Assembly: GCA_044229975.1 (NCBI GenBank)
Contig: JBGARZ010000002.1
Span: 672,001 to 736,000 of the forward strand
DNA from: Polyangiales bacterium
GTDB taxonomy: Bacteria; Myxococcota_A; Polyangia; Polyangiales; Ga0077539
Direction: 5' to 3'
Length of the DNA: 64,000 bases
In this document: positions 1-8,864 of the stretch, one piece after another
Layout of the letters: every line of letters begins with the position of its first letter
How positions within the stretch are numbered: position 1 is the first letter of the stretch
Notes under the pieces: model-generated
What the model saw: only the letters and a program-made list of their open reading frames with translations
What the model was told of the DNA's origin: nothing
The model's database searches: none
Position numbers and translations under genes: made by a program

Positions 1-1486
1 TGACCGTCTCGGTGAGCGTCGGCTGTCCCCACGAGTAGCGCGGGTCGGTGCCGATCCAGAGCTCGGGGTGCAGCTCCCCGGGCGCGGAGATCATCGCGAC
101 GGGGCCCACCTGGAGGTAGGTGACGCGCGAGCGGATCCACGGGTAGTTGCCCACCCCGACGGGGCGCCGCGGGTTGTACCCGATGAGCTCGCGCTCCACC
201 GTGCGCTGGTTGTAGAGGATGCCGTAGAGGGTGTTCTGCGCGCGGCAGTGGATGGGCGCCGTGCGGTAGCTCACCGCCGTCACGCTGGCCTCGACGCCGT
301 CGCTCGCCAGGGCCCGCAGCGCGAGCGCACCGACGTTGCGCCCCGCCGCCATCGCCTTCGGAAGACCCGACTGGGGAATCGGGATGCCGTCCTCGCCGCG
401 CGGCGCGACGCCGCCGCCGGGGCCCACCTGTCCGCCGATGGCACCGTTGTGGAAGACGGTGATGCCGCCGAGGCCGGGGAGGCTGTCGCGCGCGACGCCG
501 GACTCCACGGTCTCGCGCAGCGCGTGCACGTAGTCGGCGGAGAGGAGGTTGTTGCTCGACCCGGTGTACTCGGGGTGCGCCGACCAGTTGACCCACGTGG
601 CGATGGTGCGCGTCGGGTCACCGTCCTCGACGAACTGCGCGATGGTGACCGTCGGGTCGAAGAGCACCGGGTCGCGCGTGTCGTTGACGTACGCGAGCGT
701 CGAGCCCGTCACCGGGTCGACCGTGAGGGTCTGGGCCACGCGCATGCGCGCCGGGCGCAGCGACTCCACCGCCCGGCGAATCGCGATCGCGCCACGCTCT
801 CGGATGCGCGCCATGTACGCGGCGTTGAGGCCCGACACGGCGAGCTGCGGACCCCACAGCCCCACGGTGTCGACACCCTCGTGGACGTGCGTCGAGGCGA
901 GGACGATGCGGTCGACGTCGAGGCCCGCGAGCGACGGCTCCGCGCGCACCGCGTCGAGGTGGTTGATGAACAACCCCACCGTGTCGAACACCGCCAACGC
1001 AACGGTGGTCTCGTTGTAGCGAAACGCGAGGGCCCGCACCTCCAGGTCGTCGTGCGAGCCGATGGCTGCACGGCCGTTGCCGAAGCCGGCGATCCAGGTG
1101 GCGTCGAACACCCCGTTGCCGTTGAGGTCGACGAAGGGTTCACCCGGGTCGAAGTTGTGGTTGCGGTTCGTGTCGGTCCACTCGCGCTCGATGATGTCGG
1201 GGTTGATGAGCTCGCGCGCGGCGCCCACGAGGAGGCGGTTGTCGCCCATCGCGCGACAGTGCTCGCGCCCGGGGCACCAGTCGTCCGGGCCCGCGTAGGG
1301 TGTCGGATCAGGCACCGAAGCATCCGGCGCGACGTCCTCCGTCACGTCGTCGGTGACGTCTGGCGCGACCGCGGCGTCAGCAGCGTCCATCACCGCGGCG
1401 TCGACCGGCGCGGGCCCCGCGTCGTCACAGCCACCGAGCGCGAGGCCCGCGGCGAGGAGCGCGATGGCGCACCGCCGGATCACCAT
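1..1486 (-). CDS. Lipoprotein, neutral/alkaline ceramidase-like hydrolase (3' end runs off the window)
   Basis: Not in the ORF track; translated by hand from ATG at 1486: MVIRRCAIALLAAGLALGGC (lipobox), Asp/Ala-rich linker, EF-hand-like DLNGNGVFD, then IAGFGNGR, HDDLEVRA, STHVHEGVD (cf. ceramidase THTHSGP), WSAHPE, LSADY, APGELHPE. The frame appears open to the window edge. Confidence 0.7.
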   Translation of the reverse strand, partial: MVIRRCAIALLAAGLALGGCDDAGPAPVDAAVMDAADAAVAPDVTDDVTEDVAPDASVPDPTPYAGPDDWCPGREHCRAMGDNRLLVGAARELINPDIIEREWTDTNRNHNFDPGEPFVDLNGNGVFDATWIAGFGNGRAAIGSHDDLEVRALAFRYNETTVALAVFDTVGLFINHLDAVRAEPSLAGLDVDRIVLASTHVHEGVDTVGLWGPQLAVSGLNAAYMARIRERGAIAIRRAVESLRPARMRVAQTLTVDPVTGSTLAYVNDTRDPVLFDPTVTIAQFVEDGDPTRTIATWVNWSAHPEYTGSSNNLLSADYVHALRETVESGVARDSLPGLGGITVFHNGAIGGQVGPGGGVAPRGEDGIPIPQSGLPKAMAAGRNVGALALRALASDGVEASVTAVSYRTAPIHCRAQNTLYGILYNQRTVERELIGYNPRRPVGVGNYPWIRSRVTYLQVGPVAMISAPGELHPELWIGTDPRYSWGQPTLTETV

Positions 1487-1491
1487 CGACG

Positions 1492-3561
1492 TCACCGCGC
1501 CGCGCTGAAGTCGCAGCTTCCCGGCGGGGTGTTCATCGCGCAGTTGCGCGGGAGCACGACCCGCGCGCGCCCCGCCCAGGCCGAGCGCAGGAAGGTCTCG
1601 ATCTGCTCAAGGGCCGCGTCGGTGTGCAGGCCCGAGCGCGCCGCGAAGCCGTGGATGTCCGAGGCGTCGAGGATGTTGGAGGGCCCGCGGTACTGCGTGA
1701 TGGTGGTGCGACCGTCGGCCGCCTCGACGCTCATCACGCCCGCCATCGGGGTGAGCACGGCGCCGACCTGCACCGCGCCGAGCGACGACGCGGCAAACTC
1801 CGTCCCGAGGTTGGGCAGCACCGGGTCGCCCATCGCCTCTTGAATGAGGAGCGGGTGGGGGTTCTCCTGCGCGTCGGCCCAGACGGCGCCGTCGACCTCG
1901 TCCCAGTGGGTCTGGCTCACGGCGAGCTGGAGGAAGATGTCGAGGGTGCTCCCGTAGATGCGCTGGAGACCCGCGCGCACGAGGTCGAAGAGCACCGAGC
2001 GGATGAGGAAGTGCGACCACGCCGACCCCGGCACGTTGGCCACGCCCGCGAGAAACAAGGGCTCGGCGTTGACCATGGTGATGCCCATGGTTCCGCCGAG
2101 GGAGCCGCCCGCCCAGGTGAGCGTATCGGGGTTCGATCGGCGACCCGCGGAGGGGTTCACCATGCCGCCAACCATCGGCGCCGCGAGCACCTCGCGGAGG
2201 TTGGACGCCGCCGGAATCGCCGCCCCGTCGGGCGTCACGCCGCGCATCGAGTGGATCACCGCCATGCCCCCGGCGAGCGCCTGGAGCAGCACGCTGTCGG
2301 CCTGCTCGACGCCGAGGTTCATCCGCGCGAAGCCCAGGAAGGTCGGGGCCATCTCCGTCTCGGTGAGCCCGTCGAAGCGGATGTTGATCTTGGCCGCGCC
2401 CGCGTTGGTGAGGAGGTGGTCGAAGGACGAGTCGGTCACCTCGCCGCCCATGCCATGCCCGAACACCACCGCGGGGTAGTTTCCTGTTCCGCCGCGTGGC
2501 AGCAGCACGCGAAAGGGCGCGTCGTAGGTCATGCCCGCCACGGTGACTGGCAGGCCGGCCTGCCGGGTGAGAAGCCGCTGGTCGTTCACCCAGCGTGGCA
2601 GACCGACGATGTGCCCGTTGACGATGAGCGACGCCGTCGGGTCGGTCGGCGCGCTCACCGAGTCGATGCGAACCGTCGCCGTCCCCGCGCGCAGCGCCTC
2701 GATGGCCCGCTCGCGCATCGTCCGAAGCGCCACCAGCGGCTGGTCGTGCGAGCGCGTGACGAAGCCCCACACCCGTAGGACGTGGGCGGGGTCGATGCCC
2801 GCCCGCATGAGCAGCGTACGGGTCGGAGCGTGCCAGGCGCGAAGGTGCTCCTGGGCAGGCGTTCGCGGCGGTTGCAGGCCAAGCGCAGCGCGGGTCTCGT
2901 CGTTGGCGCGGAGGGTCGCGCCGTCGCTCGAACGGAGGTCGTCGGTGATGACGACGATGTGCTCCGTGGCGGCGGCGAGGAGCGTGCGGGGATAGGCGAT
3001 GAGACCGGTCTCGGGGTCGCGGGTGTCCTGCGGCGCGACCGTGACCGTGCGCACCGGGACGAGCGATCCTCGCATGGGACCATCGGCCACGATGAGTCGC
3101 ACCGCGCCGGTGGTTCCGTCACCGAGAGACTCCGCGGCGAGGTTGGCCGAGAAGGCCGTGATGAGCGGCGTCGCGCGAGAGAACCCGTCAGCGCGGTTGA
3201 GCCCCCCGACGTCGTCGGTGCGCACCACGCCCGCCTGCGGGATGTCGAGTCGCACGCGCGTCGCCTGCACCTCGTCGTCGCGCATGAACGACGTCGACGG
3301 CCACGGCATGAGGCACCGCGCCGGGTCGGTCGGATCACACCCGAGCGCGAGCGCCTGCCGCTCCCCCTCGCGGCGATCGGCCACCGGAACGATCGGCCCG
3401 ACGTCCTCGCCCACGTCAGCACCACCGACGTCGTTCTTCGCGGCGGTGTCGGTCGTGGGCACGTCTGCGACCGAGGCGTCGACGGTCGGCGCGGGGTCGT
3501 CGCATCCGACCAACGGCAAGGCAGAGAAGGCCAGGCCCAGGAGCGCGCGTCGTAGCTTCAC
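1492..3561 (-). CDS. Lipoprotein with alpha/beta-hydrolase (lipase-like) C-terminal domain
   Basis: Lipobox LVGC; VFGHGMGG oxyanion-hole segment; nucleophile elbow GGSLGG; candidate Asp (GDPVLPN) and His (DIHGF). Confidence 0.7.
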   Translation of the reverse strand: MKLRRALLGLAFSALPLVGCDDPAPTVDASVADVPTTDTAAKNDVGGADVGEDVGPIVPVADRREGERQALALGCDPTDPARCLMPWPSTSFMRDDEVQATRVRLDIPQAGVVRTDDVGGLNRADGFSRATPLITAFSANLAAESLGDGTTGAVRLIVADGPMRGSLVPVRTVTVAPQDTRDPETGLIAYPRTLLAAATEHIVVITDDLRSSDGATLRANDETRAALGLQPPRTPAQEHLRAWHAPTRTLLMRAGIDPAHVLRVWGFVTRSHDQPLVALRTMRERAIEALRAGTATVRIDSVSAPTDPTASLIVNGHIVGLPRWVNDQRLLTRQAGLPVTVAGMTYDAPFRVLLPRGGTGNYPAVVFGHGMGGEVTDSSFDHLLTNAGAAKINIRFDGLTETEMAPTFLGFARMNLGVEQADSVLLQALAGGMAVIHSMRGVTPDGAAIPAASNLREVLAAPMVGGMVNPSAGRRSNPDTLTWAGGSLGGTMGITMVNAEPLFLAGVANVPGSAWSHFLIRSVLFDLVRAGLQRIYGSTLDIFLQLAVSQTHWDEVDGAVWADAQENPHPLLIQEAMGDPVLPNLGTEFAASSLGAVQVGAVLTPMAGVMSVEAADGRTTITQYRGPSNILDASDIHGFAARSGLHTDAALEQIETFLRSAWAGRARVVLPRNCAMNTPPGSCDFSAAR

Positions 3562-3606
3562 GGGCGCACGCTAGCGCAGGCCCCGCCGGGCCGCGAAGTG
3601 CGGACA

Positions 3607-4836
3607 TCACGGCGCAGGGAGCGACAGCGGTGGCCCAAGACCGGTGCCGTGCGCGAGCCCGGTCATCACCTTGACCATCAATCGTTCCATGCCGGGAAGC
3701 CTCATTCCCAGCGGGAATCCGAGGTCGCGCACCCACCCCAGGGCCGTGAGATCGCTCTGGAACCACGGCGTCAACCAGCGCGTCGCGAGCGCGTAGAAGC
3801 CGAGGTTGGAGCGGCGCGTGCGGGAGTAGCGGGCGAGCGCGCGCGCCACCTCGTCCTCCGCCGCGAGCGACTCGGACAGCACGAGCGCGTCCATCAACGC
3901 GAGGTTGGCGCCCTGGCCGAGCTGCGGGCTCATCGCATGCGCGGCGTCACCCAGGTACACGACGCGGTCGGTGTTCCACGGGTACATCGCGACGTCCTGG
4001 TAGCGGGTGAAGAGGAGCTGCTCGGGCGCGACGACCTGGTCGAGCACGGCGTCGAGTGCCGGGACGAACTGTCGCAGCTCGCGCTTGCACACGTCGAGGC
4101 CGCGGGCCCGCCACGCCTCGGCGCGGTCGTGCCGCACCGAGTAGAAGACGCTCACCTTGCGCGGCCCCGCGTGGTCACCGGGTCCGAGTCCCGAGGGCAG
4201 CGCGCCGACCATGCGCTTCGTCCCATCGAGCACCTGATGGAGCCCGCGGGTGAAGCGCGCTTCGGGGTCATCGAGCACGCACCAGATGGCGCCCCACGGG
4301 TACGCCCGCACCGACTTGCGGATGCTCGTGTCGTCGCGGAGCTGCGAGCGTGAACCATCCGCGACGACGCACACCTCGTGCGGCCCGAGCCGTTGCCCAC
4401 CCGGCTGCACGAACCACAGCCCGGCGTTGTCTTCGGTCGCCTTGAGATCGGCCACCTCGACGCCCGTGACGAGCGTCGCCGTCGAGGCTCGCACCGCCGC
4501 AAAGAGCCGCTCGAAGAGGGCGCCGCGGTGCAAGCCGTACCCGCGGTGTCCCCCCGGCATCGAGGCGTAGTTCAGCTTGAAGAGCTGGCGCCGTTGGAGG
4601 GTCTCGCAGCGCAGCGACTCCAGCGGCTCGGCCCGCGCGACCACCGCCTCGCGCAGCCCCAGCAGCGAGAGCACCGCCTGCCCCGTCGGTTGCAGCATGA
4701 TCCCTGCGCCAACCGCCTTCGGCTCGGGCACCCGCTCGTACACGGTGACCTTGTGCCCCGCCCTCGACAGGAACAACGCCGCCGCCGCCCCCGCGGTGCC
4801 GCAGCCGATCACCCCGACGTCGAGCGATCGCTTCAC
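3607..4836 (-). CDS. FAD-dependent monooxygenase (class A, FAD_binding_3)
   Basis: VIGCGTAG Rossmann motif, VADGSRS (DG motif), LGDAAHAMSPQLGQGAN (GD motif). Start overlaps the stop of the upstream acyl-CoA dehydrogenase by 4 nt. Confidence 0.88.
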   Translation of the reverse strand: MKRSLDVGVIGCGTAGAAAALFLSRAGHKVTVYERVPEPKAVGAGIMLQPTGQAVLSLLGLREAVVARAEPLESLRCETLQRRQLFKLNYASMPGGHRGYGLHRGALFERLFAAVRASTATLVTGVEVADLKATEDNAGLWFVQPGGQRLGPHEVCVVADGSRSQLRDDTSIRKSVRAYPWGAIWCVLDDPEARFTRGLHQVLDGTKRMVGALPSGLGPGDHAGPRKVSVFYSVRHDRAEAWRARGLDVCKRELRQFVPALDAVLDQVVAPEQLLFTRYQDVAMYPWNTDRVVYLGDAAHAMSPQLGQGANLALMDALVLSESLAAEDEVARALARYSRTRRSNLGFYALATRWLTPWFQSDLTALGWVRDLGFPLGMRLPGMERLMVKVMTGLAHGTGLGPPLSLPAP

Positions 4837-6554
4837 ACCACGTCGAAGCTGTAACCGCCGTCGATGTACGCCTGCGCGGCGACGCCCTTGCGGAGCTCGT
4901 CGTCGTTGTCGTCGAAGGCCGCGAGATTGGCCTGCATGCGCCGCTCGGCCATGTGGGCGAAGGCGGACGTGAGCTCCACCTCGCGTCGCGCGCCTTCTTC
5001 GCCCTTTCGCTCGATCGCCCGCGTGGTGCGTGAGATCACCGCCGTCAGCGCGTAGAGATCCGTCGCGAGGTCGGCCACGCGGCGCTGCGTGTACTGCATC
5101 TCGGCGATGTCCTTGCCGTGCTTGCGCAGCACCTTGTCGACGCTCTTCTGGAAGTGCGTGACGTACTCCTCCACGAGCACGACCTCGCGGCGCAACGCGT
5201 GGTGCGCGCGGTTCATCCGCTCGCGACCGAAGGTCGTACGCGCCCGCTGCATCGCAAACTCGTACATCAGCCCCATGCCCTTGATGGGCTCGCGGATCGC
5301 GCGCACCACCTCGGCCAGCTTGCGACCGGGGCCCTGCATCCCGCTCAGGGCCACGAAGGCGCGCAGCACCTCGTTGGTGCCCTCGAAGATCGGGTTGGCC
5401 CGCGCGTCACGCAGCATGCGCTCGCACGGGTGCGGCTGGGTGTACCCGGCGCCCGCGGCGATCTGCATGGCCTCGTCAGCCACGCGCCACAGCACCTCGC
5501 TGCCAAACACCTTGCAGATCGCGCTCTCCAGCGACCAGTCGGGCACCTTCGCGTCCACCATCCCGGTGGTCAGGAACACCATCGACTCCAGCGCGAAGGT
5601 CTCCGCCATCATGCGGGCGATCTTGTCCTTCATCATCCCGAACTCGCCGATGGGACGACCAAACGCACGACGCTCCTGCGCGCGGTCGACGGACAGCCGG
5701 ATGAGCCGACGGCACATGCCCACCGCCCCCGCGGCCAGCGACAGGCGCCCGCCGTTGAGCACCTCCATCGCCACGCGAAACCCTCGACCGGTCTCACCCA
5801 GAACGTTCTCCGACGGCACCTTGGCGCCCTCGAAGCGCAGCCACGGTGTCGACGTGGCGCGCAGCCCCAGCTTGAGATCGTTGGGTCCGCGAACCATCCC
5901 CTCGCCCGCCTCCACGAGGAAGGCCGTGAGCCGCGGCTTCGATCGCATGTCGAAGGCCGTCGTGCGCGCGAAGACGGTCACCACGTCGGCGTTGGCGCCA
6001 TTGGTGACCCACACCTTGGTGCCGTGCACCGTCCACGCCTCGCCGCCCCGATCGAGGTCGGCCCGCGTCTGGATGCCCGCGGCGTCGCTGCCCGCTCCGG
6101 CCTCGGTGAGCGCGAAGGCCCCGATGCGCTCGCCGCGCGCCATCGCCGGAAGAAACCTCCGCCGCTGGGCCTCGGTGCCGAAGAGCAGGAGCCCCGCGGT
6201 GCCGAGCGTCAGGTGCGCGCCGACCGTGACCGCGAGCGAGGTGTCGTAGCTGGCCAGCTCCTGGATGACGCGGGCGAGCCCCGTGGCGCCGAGGCCCGAG
6301 CCGCCGTACTCGGTGGGGACGCTCAACCCGAAGAGCCCGAGGTCGCGCATGCCCTGGAGGACGGGCGCCGGAATCTCCGCATCGCGATCGAAGGCGGCGG
6401 CGTCGACGTGCTTGCGCGCGAAGGCCCGCACCCCGTCGAGGATGAGCCCGATGTGCTCCCGCTGCTCCCTCCCGGGCTCCGGGTACGGAAACACCATCTC
6501 TTCGGGAATCACCCCGTAGAACACGGACTTGAGGAAGCTCTCCTCCATCGCCAT
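4833..6554 (-). CDS. Acyl-CoA dehydrogenase, ACAD9/VLCAD-like long form
   Basis: FALTEAGAGSD, GTKVWVTNG, ERRAFGRPIGEF, IFEGTNEV catalytic Glu region; C-terminal extension typical of ACAD9/VLCAD (573 aa). Confidence 0.92.
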   Translation of the reverse strand: MAMEESFLKSVFYGVIPEEMVFPYPEPGREQREHIGLILDGVRAFARKHVDAAAFDRDAEIPAPVLQGMRDLGLFGLSVPTEYGGSGLGATGLARVIQELASYDTSLAVTVGAHLTLGTAGLLLFGTEAQRRRFLPAMARGERIGAFALTEAGAGSDAAGIQTRADLDRGGEAWTVHGTKVWVTNGANADVVTVFARTTAFDMRSKPRLTAFLVEAGEGMVRGPNDLKLGLRATSTPWLRFEGAKVPSENVLGETGRGFRVAMEVLNGGRLSLAAGAVGMCRRLIRLSVDRAQERRAFGRPIGEFGMMKDKIARMMAETFALESMVFLTTGMVDAKVPDWSLESAICKVFGSEVLWRVADEAMQIAAGAGYTQPHPCERMLRDARANPIFEGTNEVLRAFVALSGMQGPGRKLAEVVRAIREPIKGMGLMYEFAMQRARTTFGRERMNRAHHALRREVVLVEEYVTHFQKSVDKVLRKHGKDIAEMQYTQRRVADLATDLYALTAVISRTTRAIERKGEEGARREVELTSAFAHMAERRMQANLAAFDDNDDELRKGVAAQAYIDGGYSFDVV

Positions 6555-6664
6555 GGCGTGGAACTACCACGCGATCGCGCCGCGGGTCATCCGTCCCGAA
6601 AAGGCCACCGCGCGGCGTCGAGAGCCCTTCCAAGAACAGCTCCCCCCGTGGTGTCATCCCTCCG

Positions 6665-7171
6665 ATGAACACCTCGGCGTTGGTTCCGTGTGGGGGATGT
6701 CAGCGGCACGTGCGCTCCAATGAGCCCGTGTGTCCGTTCTGCGGGGGGGCGCTCGCCGGCACCTCCGTCGAAGGCATCGTCCCAGAGCCCGCCCAGCGCC
6801 TGAGCCGCGCCGGGATGCTGGCCTTCGCGACGGCCTTTCTGTCGTCGGCCTGCCACCCGAGCGAGCCGCCGACCCCGCCGCCGCCCACGCCCACGGTGGT
6901 CGATGCGGGCTCGGTGATGGCCATCTACGGAGCGCCCGCGCCGCAGACACCGGAGCCGCAAGCGCAGCCGCAGCCCGTCCCGACACCGACGCCGACGCCG
7001 ACGCCCAACGACATGGCCGTGCCCGCCTATGGTGCTCCTCCGCCCACCGTTACGCCGCAGGCGCCGCCCGTGGTGACGCCTCCAGCGCGGCCGACCCCGC
7101 CGCGTCGACCTGGCGGCAGCGTCTCGACCCGCTACGGCGCTCCGCCCCGTCCGTCCGACGATGACCGCTGA
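6665..7171 (+). CDS. Zinc-ribbon, Pro-rich protein with three YGAP repeats (possible RiPP/spliceotide-type precursor or lipoprotein)
   Basis: CGGC...CPFC; internal hydrophobic segment ending LSSAC; IYGAP, AYGAPP and RYGAPP separated by Pro/Thr linkers. Confidence 0.7.
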   Translation: MNTSALVPCGGCQRHVRSNEPVCPFCGGALAGTSVEGIVPEPAQRLSRAGMLAFATAFLSSACHPSEPPTPPPPTPTVVDAGSVMAIYGAPAPQTPEPQAQPQPVPTPTPTPTPNDMAVPAYGAPPPTVTPQAPPVVTPPARPTPPRRPGGSVSTRYGAPPRPSDDDR

Positions 7172-7205
7172 GTCGGTGCACCGCGACCGCTGCCCCTGAG
7201 CGTTG

Positions 7206-8864
7206 ATGGATCGAGTCTCCGACAACTTCGATTCGACCCCCGAGAAGCCACCGCGCTTCATCGGCAAGTACGAGGTCCGCGGAGAGCTCGGTCATGGCGG
7301 GATGGCAGTGGTGTACCGCGCCCACGACCCGACGCTCGACCGCGAGGTGGCCGTCAAGGTGTTGCATCCGCACCTCGCGCAAGACCCCGAGAGTCGCATG
7401 CGCTTCGAGCGCGAGGCGAAGGCCGCCGCGCGACTGCGGCACCCCAACATCGTCGAGGTGTACGAGTTCTCTGAAGGCGGCGACGACGCGTCGTTCATGG
7501 TCACGGAGATGCTGGAGGGGCCGACGCTGCGGCGCTTCCTGGAAGGGCAGCGGGAGATCCCCGCGGAGATCGTGGCCTCCATCGGCGTGGTGCTCTGCGA
7601 CGCGCTCGCCTGCGCGCACGCCCAGGGGGTCGTGCACCGCGACGTGAAGCCCGACAACCTGCTGCTCTCCAAAGGGGCGCTGAAGCTCACCGACTTCGGC
7701 ATCGCCCACGTCGCCGACCAGCGCGAGATGACCGCGACGGGCCAGGTGCTCGGATCGCCCGCCCACATGGCCCCGGAGCAGATCGAGGGCTCCATGGTCG
7801 ACGCGCGCACCGACATCTTCGCGACCGGCACGGTGCTCTACGCGCTCGCCGCGGGTCGACTGCCCTTCGATGGTCCCAACCCGCACAGCCTGCTGCGGAA
7901 GATCCTCGACAACGACTACCCCGACCCGTTGCGGACGGGGCCGAAGATGGGCCACCGCCTCGCGGCCATCATTCGCAAGTGCATGTCCCGCATCGCGGAC
8001 GACCGCTACCCCGACGCGCTCGCGCTGCGTGCGGCGCTGCTGGCCATGCTCGCGGACGTCGGCTGGGACGACCCCGGCAAGGAGCTCGGTCGCTACCTGA
8101 AGGACCCGGACGCGGTCACCGCATCGCTCCACGCGACGCTGGTGACGAAGCTCCCGGCGCTGGGTCTCGCGGCGCGCAACCGCGGCGACCTGCCCGACGC
8201 GATGGGCTACTTCAACCGGGCGCTCGCCATCGATCCGGGCAACACGAAGGTGCTCGCGATGGTGCGCGGCGCGGCGCGGGCGCAGCGACGGAAGCGCGCG
8301 GTGCGGTCGGCGGCCATCGTGGCGGGCGCGGCCGCGGTGTCGGCGGTGCTGGCGGCCATCGTGTTGCCGAAGATGATGCCGCCCAAGCCGAGGCCGATGC
8401 TGGTGGCGCCACCGATGGTTCCGGTGAGGGTGGAGAATCGGGTGTTCGCGCCGCCGATGCACGAGACCCAGACACAGCGACCGGCGCTGGTGGTGGATGC
8501 CGGGTCGGCGACCGATCCCGTGCGGACGGCGGCCCATCTCGCCGCTGCGACCCCGCGCAGGACGGCACCGGCGGCCCTGGCCGCGACGGAGCCGCCGCCC
8601 CGACAATTGCGGGCCGTGCGGATCCGCCCTACCCGCTGGGACTCCTGGTATGGCATCAACGGGGTCCTCCGTGAGTTCAGCAACCGCGACATGCCGCTGC
8701 ACCTCCCCGTCGGTCAGCGGACTCGCATCACCGTGCAGTGGAACGGGTCGGAGACCGTCGTATGGGACGACGTGATCCCCGCAGGCACGGAGGACATGGT
8801 GATCGTTCAGCGGCGCGAGAGCCCGCCAAGCGCGGTCGCCGTGGGGCTCGACGCCTCGCCCTGA
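7206..8864 (+). CDS. Membrane Ser/Thr protein kinase (kinase, TPR-like helix, TM, extracytoplasmic domain)
   Basis: LGHGGMAVVY, VAVK, HRDVKPDN, DFG, GSPAHMAPE; TM AAIVAGAAAVSAVLAAIVL. Confidence 0.93.
   Translation: MDRVSDNFDSTPEKPPRFIGKYEVRGELGHGGMAVVYRAHDPTLDREVAVKVLHPHLAQDPESRMRFEREAKAAARLRHPNIVEVYEFSEGGDDASFMVTEMLEGPTLRRFLEGQREIPAEIVASIGVVLCDALACAHAQGVVHRDVKPDNLLLSKGALKLTDFGIAHVADQREMTATGQVLGSPAHMAPEQIEGSMVDARTDIFATGTVLYALAAGRLPFDGPNPHSLLRKILDNDYPDPLRTGPKMGHRLAAIIRKCMSRIADDRYPDALALRAALLAMLADVGWDDPGKELGRYLKDPDAVTASLHATLVTKLPALGLAARNRGDLPDAMGYFNRALAIDPGNTKVLAMVRGAARAQRRKRAVRSAAIVAGAAAVSAVLAAIVLPKMMPPKPRPMLVAPPMVPVRVENRVFAPPMHETQTQRPALVVDAGSATDPVRTAAHLAAATPRRTAPAALAATEPPPRQLRAVRIRPTRWDSWYGINGVLREFSNRDMPLHLPVGQRTRITVQWNGSETVVWDDVIPAGTEDMVIVQRRESPPSAVAVGLDASP

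Noticed and set aside
68..1843. 591-aa plus-strand ORF and many other long ORFs in the track (e.g. 7050..8897 -, 13177..15288 -, 20373..22226 +, 29471..31825 +, 36824..38737 +, 41203..43107 +, 55563..57206 +)
   Set aside because: Antisense or off-frame shadows of well-supported genes. They are Arg/Gly/His-rich with no motifs, as expected when stop codons are rare at very high GC.
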